64,000 nucleotides of DNA from Segetibacter sp. (GCA_031423805.1 JANPGE010000211.1:8654-72653); one strand, 5' to 3'; positions 33,505-44,514 are shown, counted from the stretch's first letter. Notes: generated by a model not told the origin, from the sequence alone. Numbers and translations: made by a program.

Positions 33505-35955
33505 TTGAAAAAATTTCTCCGATACACACTCAAGATAATTGCAATTTTAGCCGGCATTTTTTTGCTTGTCTTTTTATCTATGTTCTTTTATGTAACAAGT
33601 CACAAAAAAGAATTAATTGAAAAAGCAAAAATTCAGGTTTCTGAAAAGTTAAATGGTAATGTTCAAATTGGAAATATTGATTTATCGTTTACAAAAAATT
33701 TCCCGCAGGTTTCTCTTTTATTAGAAAATGTTTCGGTTACAGATACGATGTACAGTGTACATCATCATGCTTTTTTACAAGCAGAAAAAATATATGTCAT
33801 ATTGGGAATTGGTAATGTTATGCTTCAAAACAATCCCTTATCAGGAATAAGAATTGATAATGCAAAAATTTATGTTTTTACAGACACTACAGGATATACC
33901 AATGCGTACTTGTTTTCTCCAAAAAAATCAACAGACACTTCAACCAAAAAATCAACTGCTAAAACAGAAATTGAAAGTATCAAGCTTAGAAATGTCCGTA
34001 TTGTTATGGACGATCAGTTAAAAAATAAGTTGTATGACTTTGAGGCTATAAAAGTCAGTTACAAGATAAATACAGAGGATTCGGTTCTGACTGTAAGAAC
34101 TAAAAATGATATACTGATTCATAGTCTTGCTTTTAATACTCAAATTGGAAGTTATGTTAAAGAAACATCTTTTGAAGGCAACTTTTATATTGCATTTGAT
34201 CTAAGAAAAAAACAATTAAGTTTTAAAGAGATCGAGGTCAATTTAAAGAAGCAACCCTTTACACTTTCTGGTCAATTTAATTTTACAGATTCTCCAACAT
34301 TTTCTCTGAAAGTATTTACAAAAAATATAAATTTTCAAATTGCCAAAAGTTTGGTTACTCCTAAAATTGCTTCTGCTATATCATTAGTTGATATTGACAA
34401 AGCAGTTGAAGCAGTTACAGCAGACATCAATGGGCCGCTTAAAGGTGGTGAACCTTTGGTTAAAGTAAATTGGATTATTAAAAATACGGCCATCAAGTCT
34501 TCCTTTGTAAACCTGTCAGATTGCTCCTTATCCGGTTCTTTTATAAATGAAGTAATTACCGGACAACCACGGAATGACCCTAACTCACAATTACATTTTC
34601 AACACCTTACGGCTGTATATGAAGGATTGCCAATTCAATCAGAAAATGTGTTCATCAACAACCTTTTATACCCCAGAGTTACCTGCGATGTAAAAGCAAA
34701 TTTTGAACTGCCTCAACTCAATAAAATAATAGGAAGTAATACGCTTAAATTAAAAGAAGGTAAAGGGCTTATAGATATAACCTATGAAGGGCCTTTAGAA
34801 AATAATACCAAACAAAATACACTATTGAATGGCAAAGTGAAAATAGATGATGGATACATGGTGTACAGTCCACGAAACATTCAAATGAAAAACGTTAGCG
34901 GAAACGTTTTATTTAAAAATACCGACGTATATGTTACGGACTTTAAAGGGAATGTACAAGGCAATAAGATTATGATGAATGGAAGTGGAAAAAACCTGTT
35001 AGCCCTCATAGAAACAAATCCCGGCTTAATGTTTCTGGACTGGAATATTTACTCCCCATCTATAAATTTTAATAGCCTGACTTCTTTGTTGCAAAAAAGG
35101 AACCCTAATGCCAAAGCACCTGCAAACGATACAAAATTGGGTAGTACAGCCAATCAATTAGACCTCATTGTAGAATATGCCAACTTTAGAATAAATGTAA
35201 AAGCAGATGAAATATTGTATAGAAGGTTTAAAGCTTCTAATGTAAATGCAGCCTTATCCCTTATTAATGAAAACTGGTCTATAAATAGTCTCTCCTTACA
35301 ACATGCAGGTGGTAATATGCATATAAATGGTACACTTTTCGAAAAAAACTCAACTACATATGAAGCAAATATTAAAGCAAAAATGGAAAATGTAGATGTT
35401 AATAAGGTAATGTATGCATTTGATAATTTTGGGCAAAGAGGTATCGAAGCTGAAAACCTCAAAGGAAAATTGACTTCTTTAGCCGAAGTAAAATTAAATA
35501 TAGACCGTAATACAGAGCAACCTTCCAATTTAATCGGGTTTGTAGATTTTTCCCTGAAGAATGGGGCATTATTACATTATGAACCTCTTAAGAAAGTTCA
35601 GACAATTATCTTCAAAAATAGAAATTTTGATGAGATTCATTTTGCAGAATTAAAAGACCGGATTGAGATAAAAAATAATGAATTTACCATCAATAGAATG
35701 GAAATACAAAGTACAGCACTGACGCTATTTGTAGAAGGGCTTTACAGTGCAAAGGGCAACACCGATATCAGCATTCAGGTACCTATCAGCAACCTTAAGA
35801 AAAGGGGCGAAGATTACACCCCTGAAAATAAAGGTGTAGATCAAAAAGGGGGAGCAAGTATTTACATAAGGGGACAAACAGGAACTGATGGTAATGTTGC
35901 TTTTAAGTTAGATGTATTTAAAAAGCTAAGAAAACAGAAACCATCCGTAAAATAA
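33505..35955 (+). CDS. AsmA family protein
   Basis: 816 aa with an N-terminal TM anchor (IIAILAGIFLLVFLSMFFYV), a long beta-rich body and a basic C-terminus. The family call is from overall resemblance only. The start is TTG. Confidence 0.5.
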   Translation: MKKFLRYTLKIIAILAGIFLLVFLSMFFYVTSHKKELIEKAKIQVSEKLNGNVQIGNIDLSFTKNFPQVSLLLENVSVTDTMYSVHHHAFLQAEKIYVILGIGNVMLQNNPLSGIRIDNAKIYVFTDTTGYTNAYLFSPKKSTDTSTKKSTAKTEIESIKLRNVRIVMDDQLKNKLYDFEAIKVSYKINTEDSVLTVRTKNDILIHSLAFNTQIGSYVKETSFEGNFYIAFDLRKKQLSFKEIEVNLKKQPFTLSGQFNFTDSPTFSLKVFTKNINFQIAKSLVTPKIASAISLVDIDKAVEAVTADINGPLKGGEPLVKVNWIIKNTAIKSSFVNLSDCSLSGSFINEVITGQPRNDPNSQLHFQHLTAVYEGLPIQSENVFINNLLYPRVTCDVKANFELPQLNKIIGSNTLKLKEGKGLIDITYEGPLENNTKQNTLLNGKVKIDDGYMVYSPRNIQMKNVSGNVLFKNTDVYVTDFKGNVQGNKIMMNGSGKNLLALIETNPGLMFLDWNIYSPSINFNSLTSLLQKRNPNAKAPANDTKLGSTANQLDLIVEYANFRINVKADEILYRRFKASNVNAALSLINENWSINSLSLQHAGGNMHINGTLFEKNSTTYEANIKAKMENVDVNKVMYAFDNFGQRGIEAENLKGKLTSLAEVKLNIDRNTEQPSNLIGFVDFSLKNGALLHYEPLKKVQTIIFKNRNFDEIHFAELKDRIEIKNNEFTINRMEIQSTALTLFVEGLYSAKGNTDISIQVPISNLKKRGEDYTPENKGVDQKGGASIYIRGQTGTDGNVAFKLDVFKKLRKQKPSVK

Positions 35956-35975
35956 TTATAACAGCAATAATTTTT

Positions 35976-37754
35976 TTATAAAGTTCTATCCAGATTTTCC
36001 AACAATTCAATAGCCTGTAAACGGTGTTGCATTGCTTCTTCCTGATTAAATGCAGGGGTATACATACCTAAAGTACACTGTTTAATAAGCTCATCCATTT
36101 TCAAAAGCAAAACAGATTGTGTAAGATGCTTATTTGCATATTCAATTATTTCAGAAGGCTTTATTTTAAATCTTTGATTTAAATATTCTCCCAGATTTCT
36201 ATTTAAGTTTTTGTAAAAGAAAGAGGTGTTTTCTCCGGGTTCTAATTGCAAAATATTATAAAGATATGCAGTGGACAACATTTCATTATTAGTTACAGGA
36301 GGTACAACTTCTTTAACAGGTGTAATAATTTCAGGGGGTAATTTAGCTCTTCGTGTACCACTGTACCACGCAACACCCAATACAATTGCCAACAAACCTA
36401 CCCCAATAAATATATACAACCGTTGGTCAAAGTCATCGTCGTTTATAAATTGTGCAGATTTTTTAATTATATTATTAGAACCCGGAACAACTTTTAAGAG
36501 AAAGGACGGTGTTACTTTATTTACGTATGTTTTAGCATTAGGATCAAAATAGGTAAACAATACCTGCGGTAAAATATAATTCCCCATTTTATCAGCAGAA
36601 AATGGAATGGTAAATATTTTTCTGTTGATAACAGGATTGGCATCTCTATCAATTTCTTCTGTCTCTGTAGCTTCAAAAGACTCTATGCCTTTGGGCCAGT
36701 TCATAACGGGCACCTTTACCGGCTTAAGGTTTCCTGCTCCTTGAATAATTAGGTGCAAATGATTCGTTCCGTTGGTTGTAAATTCTTCTTCACCTGGTTG
36801 AATAGTAATCGTGAAATCTCCTATTGCTCCGCTCAAAATTCCATTTCCAACATATGGTGGCAAAGACTTTACAATAATAGCCAGTGACTTATTCTGCAAC
36901 TTTACAACATGATTTTCGGTGGGTCCTATACGGTTGCCAAAAACATCTGTGCTACTACTACCGGAAGCAGTACGAAATGAGACATCGTTTTCTACTTCTG
37001 CAGTGGGAAGCATTAATTTACCCGAATCAAGTGGGGTTAATTGTACTTTTCTGATGATAAATACATTATATTCTTCACCATCTATTTTTTCTATATGCTG
37101 ATTCTGATAACTACTGGTTAATTCTACAACGGTGCAACCATTGAAAGCGGGTTGTTTTACAACTTTTGATCTTGACTTTAACCGAGTACATAATTTGTAG
37201 GTAGCTATTATTGGTTCGCCAACAAAACAGTTTTGTTTACTCACTTCGAGCCTTACGAACATATTTCTTTTAATTTTTTCCACAGCATCTTCACCTGCCC
37301 GCAACGATTGATTGGCGGGCAGTTGGTCGGGCAATAAATCCAGTAAAGATGGTTGTGGTTGTGCAGTAGCCGGCGAAGTGCCACCAATATGGCTAGTATT
37401 TTTTACCTGTACCGAAACCTGATTACTTCTTTGTGGTTTATTGTTGATTAATGCTGTAGCACCGGGTACCACAAGTACACCACCAACACGTGGCTTAAGC
37501 ATAACCGCATAAATGGTTTGCTGACTTACCGTATTTCCTGAAAGTATTTTAGAACTACTCAAATCTGGTCCCGAAACCATGGTCCAATTTGCAAAGCGGG
37601 GAAGATTAAACTGATCCATATCCACATTATCTGCAACATATTCCACCTGGAGTACATCTTCGCGGCCAATGACCTTTTGAGACACTCGTGTAGTAAAGGA
37701 TTGCCCTATACACACCTGCCACAACAATAATAATATAACAATGCAATATTTCAT
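35976..37754 (-). CDS. BatD-like protein
   Basis: 592 aa with a signal peptide, a BatD-type N-terminal region (VSQKVIGREDVLQVEYVADN...LPRFANWTMVSGP...) and a single TM near residue ~450 (LYIFIGVGLLAIVLGVAWY). It is not in a bat operon here. Confidence 0.55.
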   Translation of the reverse strand: MKYCIVILLLLWQVCIGQSFTTRVSQKVIGREDVLQVEYVADNVDMDQFNLPRFANWTMVSGPDLSSSKILSGNTVSQQTIYAVMLKPRVGGVLVVPGATALINNKPQRSNQVSVQVKNTSHIGGTSPATAQPQPSLLDLLPDQLPANQSLRAGEDAVEKIKRNMFVRLEVSKQNCFVGEPIIATYKLCTRLKSRSKVVKQPAFNGCTVVELTSSYQNQHIEKIDGEEYNVFIIRKVQLTPLDSGKLMLPTAEVENDVSFRTASGSSSTDVFGNRIGPTENHVVKLQNKSLAIIVKSLPPYVGNGILSGAIGDFTITIQPGEEEFTTNGTNHLHLIIQGAGNLKPVKVPVMNWPKGIESFEATETEEIDRDANPVINRKIFTIPFSADKMGNYILPQVLFTYFDPNAKTYVNKVTPSFLLKVVPGSNNIIKKSAQFINDDDFDQRLYIFIGVGLLAIVLGVAWYSGTRRAKLPPEIITPVKEVVPPVTNNEMLSTAYLYNILQLEPGENTSFFYKNLNRNLGEYLNQRFKIKPSEIIEYANKHLTQSVLLLKMDELIKQCTLGMYTPAFNQEEAMQHRLQAIELLENLDRTL

Positions 37755-37998
37755 TCAATATTCGATTGTAACAAAAATAAGGCAACAGAAAAAAGCAAAG
37801 CCACAAATTGGGTGAACAGGGAGTTAAAAATAAAAAAGCAAGGACAATTAGTTTTAAAAACAACTCACCGCAACCCCTCTTTCTCTGTTTTTTTATAGCC
37901 CGTAATTATGATAACAGACTCTACGGCTTTAGTAATGAAATGATATTTGGTTGGTTAATTTCCTTTCTTTGCCCCAAAAACACTAAATATATTGATAC

Positions 37999-40317
37999 AT
38001 GTGGTATAAATTGGGTGAATTTATTCTTCGTTTCCGGGTTCAATTGCTGATTGCACTCTTTGCAGCCACTGGCATTATTACATTTTTTGCTGCTAAAGTG
38101 CAATTGAGTTATGATTTTACCCGGGCAATACCCACCGATAATCAAAAATACATTGAGTTTGAAGCCTTTAAAAAAAAGTTTGGCGAAAATGGTGGCGTTT
38201 TGGTTGTAGGTATTCAAACCAAGGATTTTTATACCCCTATTGTTTTTAATTCTTTGGTAGCATTAGACAACAGGCTGAAAAAAGTAAAAGGAGTTGATAA
38301 CATTTTAAGCATTCCCGAAGCTGTACAATTAATAAAAACAGACAGTACAGATAAATTGGTTCCAACTCCTGTTTTTGTAAAAGGAAATAATACAGCACAG
38401 CAACTTGATAGCTCAAAACAGGTTTTTGAAAATCTGTTGTTTTACAAAGGTTTGCTTTACAATCCCCATACAAACGCCTATTTATTAGGGGTAAATGTAA
38501 ATAAAGAACTAATCAACAGTAAATATCGCTCCACGCTGGTAGCGGATATTATGAAAGAGGTTCACCAATTTGAAAAGGATTCCAAACTCTCTGTGTATGT
38601 AAGCGGTCTGCCATTTATCCGAACTACCATTGGCGATCTTATTAAGTCTGAAATGAAATGGTTTTTGATCGGTTCACTATTACTTTCTGCTATCACACTT
38701 TTGATTTTTTTCAGATCGGGCAGTGCTGTTGTGATGAGCCTATTGGTAGTGATTATGGGAGTGATATGGAGCATGGGTACTATGGTGCTGTGTGGCTATA
38801 AAATCACGTTGCTTACAGCGTTAATACCTCCATTGCTTGTAGTGATAGGCATTCCAAATTGTATTTATTTTTTAAACAAATATCATACTGCGTACAGAGA
38901 GTCTAATGACAGACACGAGGCCTTGGTAACCATGACAGGCCGTATGGGTATTGTTACACTGTTTTGCAACATTGCAGCAGCTATTGGCTTTGCTGTATTT
39001 GCATTTACCAAAAGTGCCTTACTCAAAGAGTTTGGAGTAGTGGCGGGCATAAACATAATGATGCTGTTTATCATTTCGCTCATTTTTATTCCGGCGGTTT
39101 TGAGTTATTTACCACCTCCAAAACCACACCAACTAAAGTACCTTGACAACCGATGGCTTACCGGTATTTTAACAAAACTGGAGCTATGGACAATACATCA
39201 TAAACATTGGATTTATGGTATTACTCTGGTAATAACAATGATAGCAGTAATAGGAATTTTTCGACTAAAAAATGAAGCTTACATAGTTGATGATTTGCCC
39301 AAAACAAATAAAATATATACCGACTTAAAGTGGTTTGAAAACAATTTCAATGGTGTTATGCCCCTGGAAATTGTAGTGGATACAAAAAAGAAAAGAGGGG
39401 TTACAGCTTCGCTGAAAACTTTTAATAAGATTGATGAGTTTTCAGCTATTATAGCAACTGACACAAATATGTCAAGGCCACTTTCAGTAGTAGAAGGGTT
39501 GAAGTTTCTAAAACAATCCTACTACGATAATGATAGTACAAGTTACGCCACCCCATCAGAATTTGACATGCCCTTTCTAGCGCCTTACTTAAAAGCAAAA
39601 ACCGACAGCACCAAAAACACAGCCCTCTCTAAGTTAATGAATGGCTTTATTGACAGCACTAAAAGATATACCCGCATAAGCCTTAGCATGAAAGATGTTG
39701 GCAGCAAAAAATTACCCGTTATTTTAGACTCACTGCAACAACAAGCCAACAGAATTTTTGACACTGCATCTTACAACATACAGTTTACAGGGGCAAGTGT
39801 GACATTTCTTGAGGGAAGCAAATTCATTATCAACGGTCTTAAGGAAAGTATCATTTGGGCATTTTTACTCATTGCAATGTGTATGTTATATCTTTTCAAA
39901 TCTTTTAGAATACTGCTTTGTTCATTGATACCCAATATTGTACCGTTGGTAATAACTGCAGGTGTAATGGGTTGGATGGGTATTGCTTTACGACCATCAA
40001 CCGTACTAGTTTTTAGTGTTGCGTTGGGTATTGCTATAGATGTCACCATCAGATTTTTGATAAATTACAAACAGGAGTTGCCATCAAATTTTAATAATGT
40101 ACAAACTACAATTGAGCAAACCATTCGACACACAGGTATTAGTATTATGTACACCTCGTTGGTGTTAATTGCCGGATTTGTAATTTTTTGTTTTAGTGGT
40201 TTTGGGGGCACCAAAGCTTTGGGTTGGCTTACTTCACTTACATTAATAACCGGCACAATAACCAATCTTACTTTACTCCCTGTTTTACTACTGGGTTTCA
40301 AAAAGAAAAATCAATAA
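37999..40317 (+). CDS. MMPL/RND-superfamily exporter
   Basis: 772 aa with two blocks of ~6 TM helices separated by a soluble loop, the typical MMPL topology. Confidence 0.7.
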   Translation: MWYKLGEFILRFRVQLLIALFAATGIITFFAAKVQLSYDFTRAIPTDNQKYIEFEAFKKKFGENGGVLVVGIQTKDFYTPIVFNSLVALDNRLKKVKGVDNILSIPEAVQLIKTDSTDKLVPTPVFVKGNNTAQQLDSSKQVFENLLFYKGLLYNPHTNAYLLGVNVNKELINSKYRSTLVADIMKEVHQFEKDSKLSVYVSGLPFIRTTIGDLIKSEMKWFLIGSLLLSAITLLIFFRSGSAVVMSLLVVIMGVIWSMGTMVLCGYKITLLTALIPPLLVVIGIPNCIYFLNKYHTAYRESNDRHEALVTMTGRMGIVTLFCNIAAAIGFAVFAFTKSALLKEFGVVAGINIMMLFIISLIFIPAVLSYLPPPKPHQLKYLDNRWLTGILTKLELWTIHHKHWIYGITLVITMIAVIGIFRLKNEAYIVDDLPKTNKIYTDLKWFENNFNGVMPLEIVVDTKKKRGVTASLKTFNKIDEFSAIIATDTNMSRPLSVVEGLKFLKQSYYDNDSTSYATPSEFDMPFLAPYLKAKTDSTKNTALSKLMNGFIDSTKRYTRISLSMKDVGSKKLPVILDSLQQQANRIFDTASYNIQFTGASVTFLEGSKFIINGLKESIIWAFLLIAMCMLYLFKSFRILLCSLIPNIVPLVITAGVMGWMGIALRPSTVLVFSVALGIAIDVTIRFLINYKQELPSNFNNVQTTIEQTIRHTGISIMYTSLVLIAGFVIFCFSGFGGTKALGWLTSLTLITGTITNLTLLPVLLLGFKKKNQ

Positions 40318-40333
40318 AGGAATGATTTTTTTA

Positions 40334-40367
40334 TTGAGGATTTAAATTGCATTTGAGGATTTAAATT
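40334..40367 (+). repeat. Direct repeat TTGAGGATTTAAATT x2 (19-nt period)
   Basis: The copies at 40334-40348 and 40353-40367 are identical, and each contains the palindrome ATTTAAAT. They lie ~175 nt upstream of the M23 peptidase start. Confidence 0.6.
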
Positions 40368-40540
40368 TTTATAAAATTGAAATACCTTTTTTTATTCAAC
40401 GTTAATAAATTTATAAGCAAAGCGAAAGGTTGAATGTTTGTTTACACAATCACAAATTCTATTTCGGTGCAAAAAAAGTTGAGCAGAAAAAAGATATTTA
40501 CATAAGCACGATAAGCATTTTATTGTATTTACTTGCAAGT

Positions 40541-42289
40541 ATGGTGGTAGTTTTAAATTGTTTGAAAAGTGTTTTTTTGATGGTATTCTTAACCATCAAT
40601 TCAATGCTATGTTTTGCACCGGTTAATTCTCAAAAGTTTTATACCCAACCGGTAAATTATCCCAAAGGCTATTTTAGAAATCCGTTAGATATTCCGATAA
40701 AGCTTGCTGCCAATTTTGGAGAATTGCGCACCAATCACTTTCACATGGGTTTTGATATTCGCACTAATCAACGGGAGAACCTGCCTGTGTATGCAGCAGC
40801 AGGCGGTTTCATCAGCAAAGTAAAAATTGAAAAGGGAGGCTTCGGCCGCGCCATTTATATTACCCACCCAAATGGTTATACAACCCTATATGCCCACCTC
40901 AATAATTTTTATCCGGCGCTTCATGAGTTTGTTGTAAACAAACAGTATGAAGATAAAAAATGGGAACAGGAAATGACGCTTACCCCTCAACAGTTTCCGG
41001 TTGCAAAAGGCGATTTTATAGCATACAGTGGCAATACGGGAGGTTCTGCAGGTCCACATCTGCATTTTGAAATCCGGGATACAAAAACCGGCAACAACCT
41101 TAACCCATGGTTATTTGACATGGGATTACCCGATAATATTCCACCTGTAATTTATCGTTTATATTACTATGACAGGCAATACAGCACTTACGAAAATAGC
41201 CCACAAGGCATTGCACTAAAAGGATCTTCAGGAAAGTATACTACTTCTGGTTCGGTAGTAACCTTACCTACACCGTATGTAAGTTTTGGAATTACTGCAG
41301 AAGACAAGACAACCCCATCATCGTTCAATTTTGGTATTTATGAAGCTTCAATTTCTATAGATGATACATTGCGAAGCTCCTTTCGATTGAATGATTTTTC
41401 TTATGACGAAACCCGCTACCTTAATGCAAGTATTGATTATAAAACAAGATTGGGGGGCGGTTCATACATACAGCATCTTTGCAGGCTGCCCGGCAATAAA
41501 TCCTCTGTATTTTCAAAAGGTGAAAACGGCGCCTATTTCATTAAGGATACAGGTATTCACGAAGCTTCTATTGATGTAATTGATGCAGAAGGAAATGCAA
41601 CTAATTTGCATTTCAACTTCAGGTATGACAAGTCTAAACAGAAACCATATAAACCTACTGACCAATCAATGATTTGCTCACCAAACATTGAAAATGTATT
41701 TGCTGCTGAAAATATTGTTGCTGCTTTTTCTACAAATGCTTTTTATGATACAGTTCATTTAGTTCATACCGAAGAAAAATCTGTTGAGACAGGTGCTATT
41801 TCACCAGTACACAATTTGCAGAATTATCAGGTACCGGTTCATGATAGTTTTTCGGTTAGAATACAGCCATCTGTAGCCTTAAACAGTTTACAAAAAGAAC
41901 GTGTAGTTATAAAACTGGTTAGTCATAAAAAAAAGGTTGTTACTAAGGGAATCTGGAAAAACAATTGGATGGAAGCAAAGTTCCGCGATCTGGGTATCTA
42001 CACCTTGCTTTTAGATACCATACCTCCAACAATAAGTCCTTTAGGTTGGGTCAATGGAGGTTATATCGGTAGTCGCAAATCTTTTGCATTAATTGTTAAG
42101 GACAATCTTGAAAACATTAAGAAAGTAGACGGATTTGTAGACGGAAAATGGATTTTATTCAGCAAAAGAGACAATATGATTACACATACTTTTGATGGAA
42201 GAATAACCCAAGGAATGCATGACTTAAAAATTATTGCAACAGACGAAGCTGGCAATGAAACTGAAAAGATTTTTACATTTTCCCGCTAA
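40541..42289 (+). CDS. M23 family metallopeptidase
   Basis: HFHMGFDIRT (HxxxD) and GNTGGSAGPHLHFEIR (HxH). I prefer the ATG at 40541, which gives a signal peptide (MVVVLNCLKSVFLMVFLTINSMLCFAPVNSQ), over the listed TTG at 40430. Confidence 0.85.
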   Translation: MVVVLNCLKSVFLMVFLTINSMLCFAPVNSQKFYTQPVNYPKGYFRNPLDIPIKLAANFGELRTNHFHMGFDIRTNQRENLPVYAAAGGFISKVKIEKGGFGRAIYITHPNGYTTLYAHLNNFYPALHEFVVNKQYEDKKWEQEMTLTPQQFPVAKGDFIAYSGNTGGSAGPHLHFEIRDTKTGNNLNPWLFDMGLPDNIPPVIYRLYYYDRQYSTYENSPQGIALKGSSGKYTTSGSVVTLPTPYVSFGITAEDKTTPSSFNFGIYEASISIDDTLRSSFRLNDFSYDETRYLNASIDYKTRLGGGSYIQHLCRLPGNKSSVFSKGENGAYFIKDTGIHEASIDVIDAEGNATNLHFNFRYDKSKQKPYKPTDQSMICSPNIENVFAAENIVAAFSTNAFYDTVHLVHTEEKSVETGAISPVHNLQNYQVPVHDSFSVRIQPSVALNSLQKERVVIKLVSHKKKVVTKGIWKNNWMEAKFRDLGIYTLLLDTIPPTISPLGWVNGGYIGSRKSFALIVKDNLENIKKVDGFVDGKWILFSKRDNMITHTFDGRITQGMHDLKIIATDEAGNETEKIFTFSR

Positions 42290-42294
42290 CGCAT

Positions 42295-42933
42295 CTACTT
42301 AATATCATTTCCATAAGTCAGCAATCCCCAAATTAGGGCTATCCCAAAGCCAATCAAAATCATTCCGCTAATTCTGTTAATAAGATGAATGTTGTGTGGC
42401 GTAAGTTTCTGCCTGATTTTTCCGGCAAGCATAACTTTAAAAATATCAAAACCAGCAACTACAACAAGGCAGGTGAGGTACACCAATAATCTATAGTTAA
42501 GGGGATGTACCAATAACGAGGTAGATGTAAGCAGCCAAAACCCAATTACACTCGGGTTAAGCAGGTTCATAAAATATCCTGACAAAAAGATTTTTACATA
42601 ATGGTGCGTTTCCATTTGTATTATCTGCATACCGTCATTGTTGACCGCAATTTTTTTAAAAAAAGTAACATAAATACCTAAAGCTATTAACAATGCACTA
42701 CCGCCTATGCCTATAGGCACTTTGTAGTCAAGCATGTTTTCAAACATTTGTGTAAAGAGATTGCTGATAAGCACAATTGTAATATCACTTGCAGAAACAC
42801 CGGCTATGAATGCAAACCCGCCTTTATGTCCATGGTTGAGGCTTTGTTTGATAATTGAAAAAATAACAGGGCCAACCGAAATGCTTAACATCAGTCCCAA
42901 AGCCAATCCTTTCAATAATGCGGCAATAAACAT
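42295..42933 (-). CDS. LysE family translocator
   Basis: 212 aa with ~6 TM helices and an N-terminal MFIAALLKGLALGLMLSISVGPV typical of LysE/RhtB exporters. Confidence 0.7.
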   Translation of the reverse strand: MFIAALLKGLALGLMLSISVGPVIFSIIKQSLNHGHKGGFAFIAGVSASDITIVLISNLFTQMFENMLDYKVPIGIGGSALLIALGIYVTFFKKIAVNNDGMQIIQMETHHYVKIFLSGYFMNLLNPSVIGFWLLTSTSLLVHPLNYRLLVYLTCLVVVAGFDIFKVMLAGKIRQKLTPHNIHLINRISGMILIGFGIALIWGLLTYGNDIK

Positions 42934-42987
42934 ATCGTTAGTCTATTTTCATTTGGTCGGTTTGTAGTTAACCGGTTAATCAAATAT

Positions 42988-44514
42988 TTACCAACCTTTT
43001 TCTTTCAGAAAATTCATCCATTCATCCAGCATTTTTCCCTTAAGCACCCGGGGAAATTTATGCTGTCCGCCAACTTTACCTTTTTGGCGCATAAATTCCA
43101 TAAACTCTTTTTCTTTAAGCACATCCAGAAATACGCCTTTTAGGGCACTAGTTCTTTCCACTGCGTAATCATCATTCAACTCTTTAAGTTTTGCATCTAT
43201 TTTTTTCAGAAGCAACTCTTTATCTACTAAATCATCGCAGGCTACATACCAATGATGTGCAAAAAAGTTATTGTAAGGTACACCTGCTACAGTAAACTCC
43301 GGTATAGAAATGTTCATTTCTTCAGCAGCAATACTTACTGCATGGTTCATATTATCCACACTTAAATGCTCCCCTACAAGGCTCAAAAAGTGTTTGGTTC
43401 TACCTGTAATAATAATTTCTGCCCGTTCCTTATTTACAAACCGTACGGTATCGCCTATAAGGTAACGCCATGCCCCGGCACTTGTGCTTAACAGTAATGC
43501 ATAGTCCCGGTTTTCCTCTACTTCATGAATCATCAGCACTTCCGGGTTTTCAACCATGTTGCCCTCGCTGTCAAAATTTATATCGTCAAAAGGAATAAAC
43601 TCATGAAAGATATGTTCAGATGTAACCAATCGCATGCCCTTGCTGTGTTGAAGATCCTGATAGGCTATGAAGCCCTCACTTGCCAGATAGGTTTCTATAT
43701 AAATAAGTGGTTTGGCCAATAGTTTCTCAAAACCTTTTTTATAAGGTTCAAAAGCTACACCGCCATGAACAAAAAAACCCAGGTTTGGCCATATATCATG
43801 AATGGAATTTAACTTGTAGCGTTCAATTATTTTCTCAATGGTCAGTTGTATCCAGGCGGGAACCCCAACAATAAAACCAATATCCCATTGGGGAGCTTTT
43901 TCTACTATTTCATTTATTTTTTTATCCCAATCGCGGTTTCGGGCTATTTTTTTTCCCGGCAGGTAAAAGGGTTGAAACCAAAATGGTGCTTTAAGTTGTG
44001 TAATACCGCTTAAGTCGCCTGAATAATAACCTTTTTGTTTTTGCAATTGGGTGCTGCCGCCAATGGTAAGCCAACCTTTACCAATTGATTTTACAGGTAA
44101 ATCTTCGTAATGTCTTAGGCTTAACAATTGCTTTAACATGACCATTTTATTGCCCTTCAACAGATCGTTGGTCACCGGTATATACTTACTGGCAGATTCG
44201 CTTGTACCACTGCTTAGTGCATAATATTTAATCTTACCCGGCCAGCATATATCAGGTCTGTTTTCAAGGGTTTTGTGCCACCAGTCTTTATAGATTTTAT
44301 TGTAATCAAATACCGGCACCAATTCCTGAAACTTTTTAGCAGGGTGCCTGTTCAATAATATTTCGTCAAATCTGAATTGCTGTCCAAATTCAGTAAATCT
44401 GGCTTTGCGCAGCAATTTCTTTAAAACCCTGATTTGCTGTTGCTTTATATTATTTTCCGGTAGCCTTAGTGCCCGTGCTAATCTTGCTGGTATTTTTATG
44501 TCTATTATTGGCAT
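42988..44514 (-). CDS. GH3 auxin-responsive-promoter family protein (acyl-adenylate-forming fold)
   Basis: 508 aa. LRKARFTEFGQQFRFDEI and YYALSSGTSESASKYIPV are typical of bacterial GH3-family proteins. Confidence 0.75.
   Translation of the reverse strand: MPIIDIKIPARLARALRLPENNIKQQQIRVLKKLLRKARFTEFGQQFRFDEILLNRHPAKKFQELVPVFDYNKIYKDWWHKTLENRPDICWPGKIKYYALSSGTSESASKYIPVTNDLLKGNKMVMLKQLLSLRHYEDLPVKSIGKGWLTIGGSTQLQKQKGYYSGDLSGITQLKAPFWFQPFYLPGKKIARNRDWDKKINEIVEKAPQWDIGFIVGVPAWIQLTIEKIIERYKLNSIHDIWPNLGFFVHGGVAFEPYKKGFEKLLAKPLIYIETYLASEGFIAYQDLQHSKGMRLVTSEHIFHEFIPFDDINFDSEGNMVENPEVLMIHEVEENRDYALLLSTSAGAWRYLIGDTVRFVNKERAEIIITGRTKHFLSLVGEHLSVDNMNHAVSIAAEEMNISIPEFTVAGVPYNNFFAHHWYVACDDLVDKELLLKKIDAKLKELNDDYAVERTSALKGVFLDVLKEKEFMEFMRQKGKVGGQHKFPRVLKGKMLDEWMNFLKEKGW

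Noticed and set aside
33360-33620. 86-aa ORF bridging the alkB-like stop and the AsmA start
   Set aside because: It overlaps both neighbours out of frame. The AsmA N-terminal TM anchor is encoded in another frame of the same region.
36553-36572. AGGTAAACAATACCTGCGG inside the BatD-like CDS, which resembles the hairpin repeat core
   Set aside because: It shares only a short AGGTAAA.AATACCT core, lies inside a coding region, and lacks the outer stem and flanks. Probably coincidental.
37627-38217. Small ORFs in the BatD/MMPL divergent promoter region (37627..37863, 37808..38050, 37921..38217)
   Set aside because: They overlap one another and the starts of the flanking genes, and have no motifs. 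The region is better explained as a divergent promoter.
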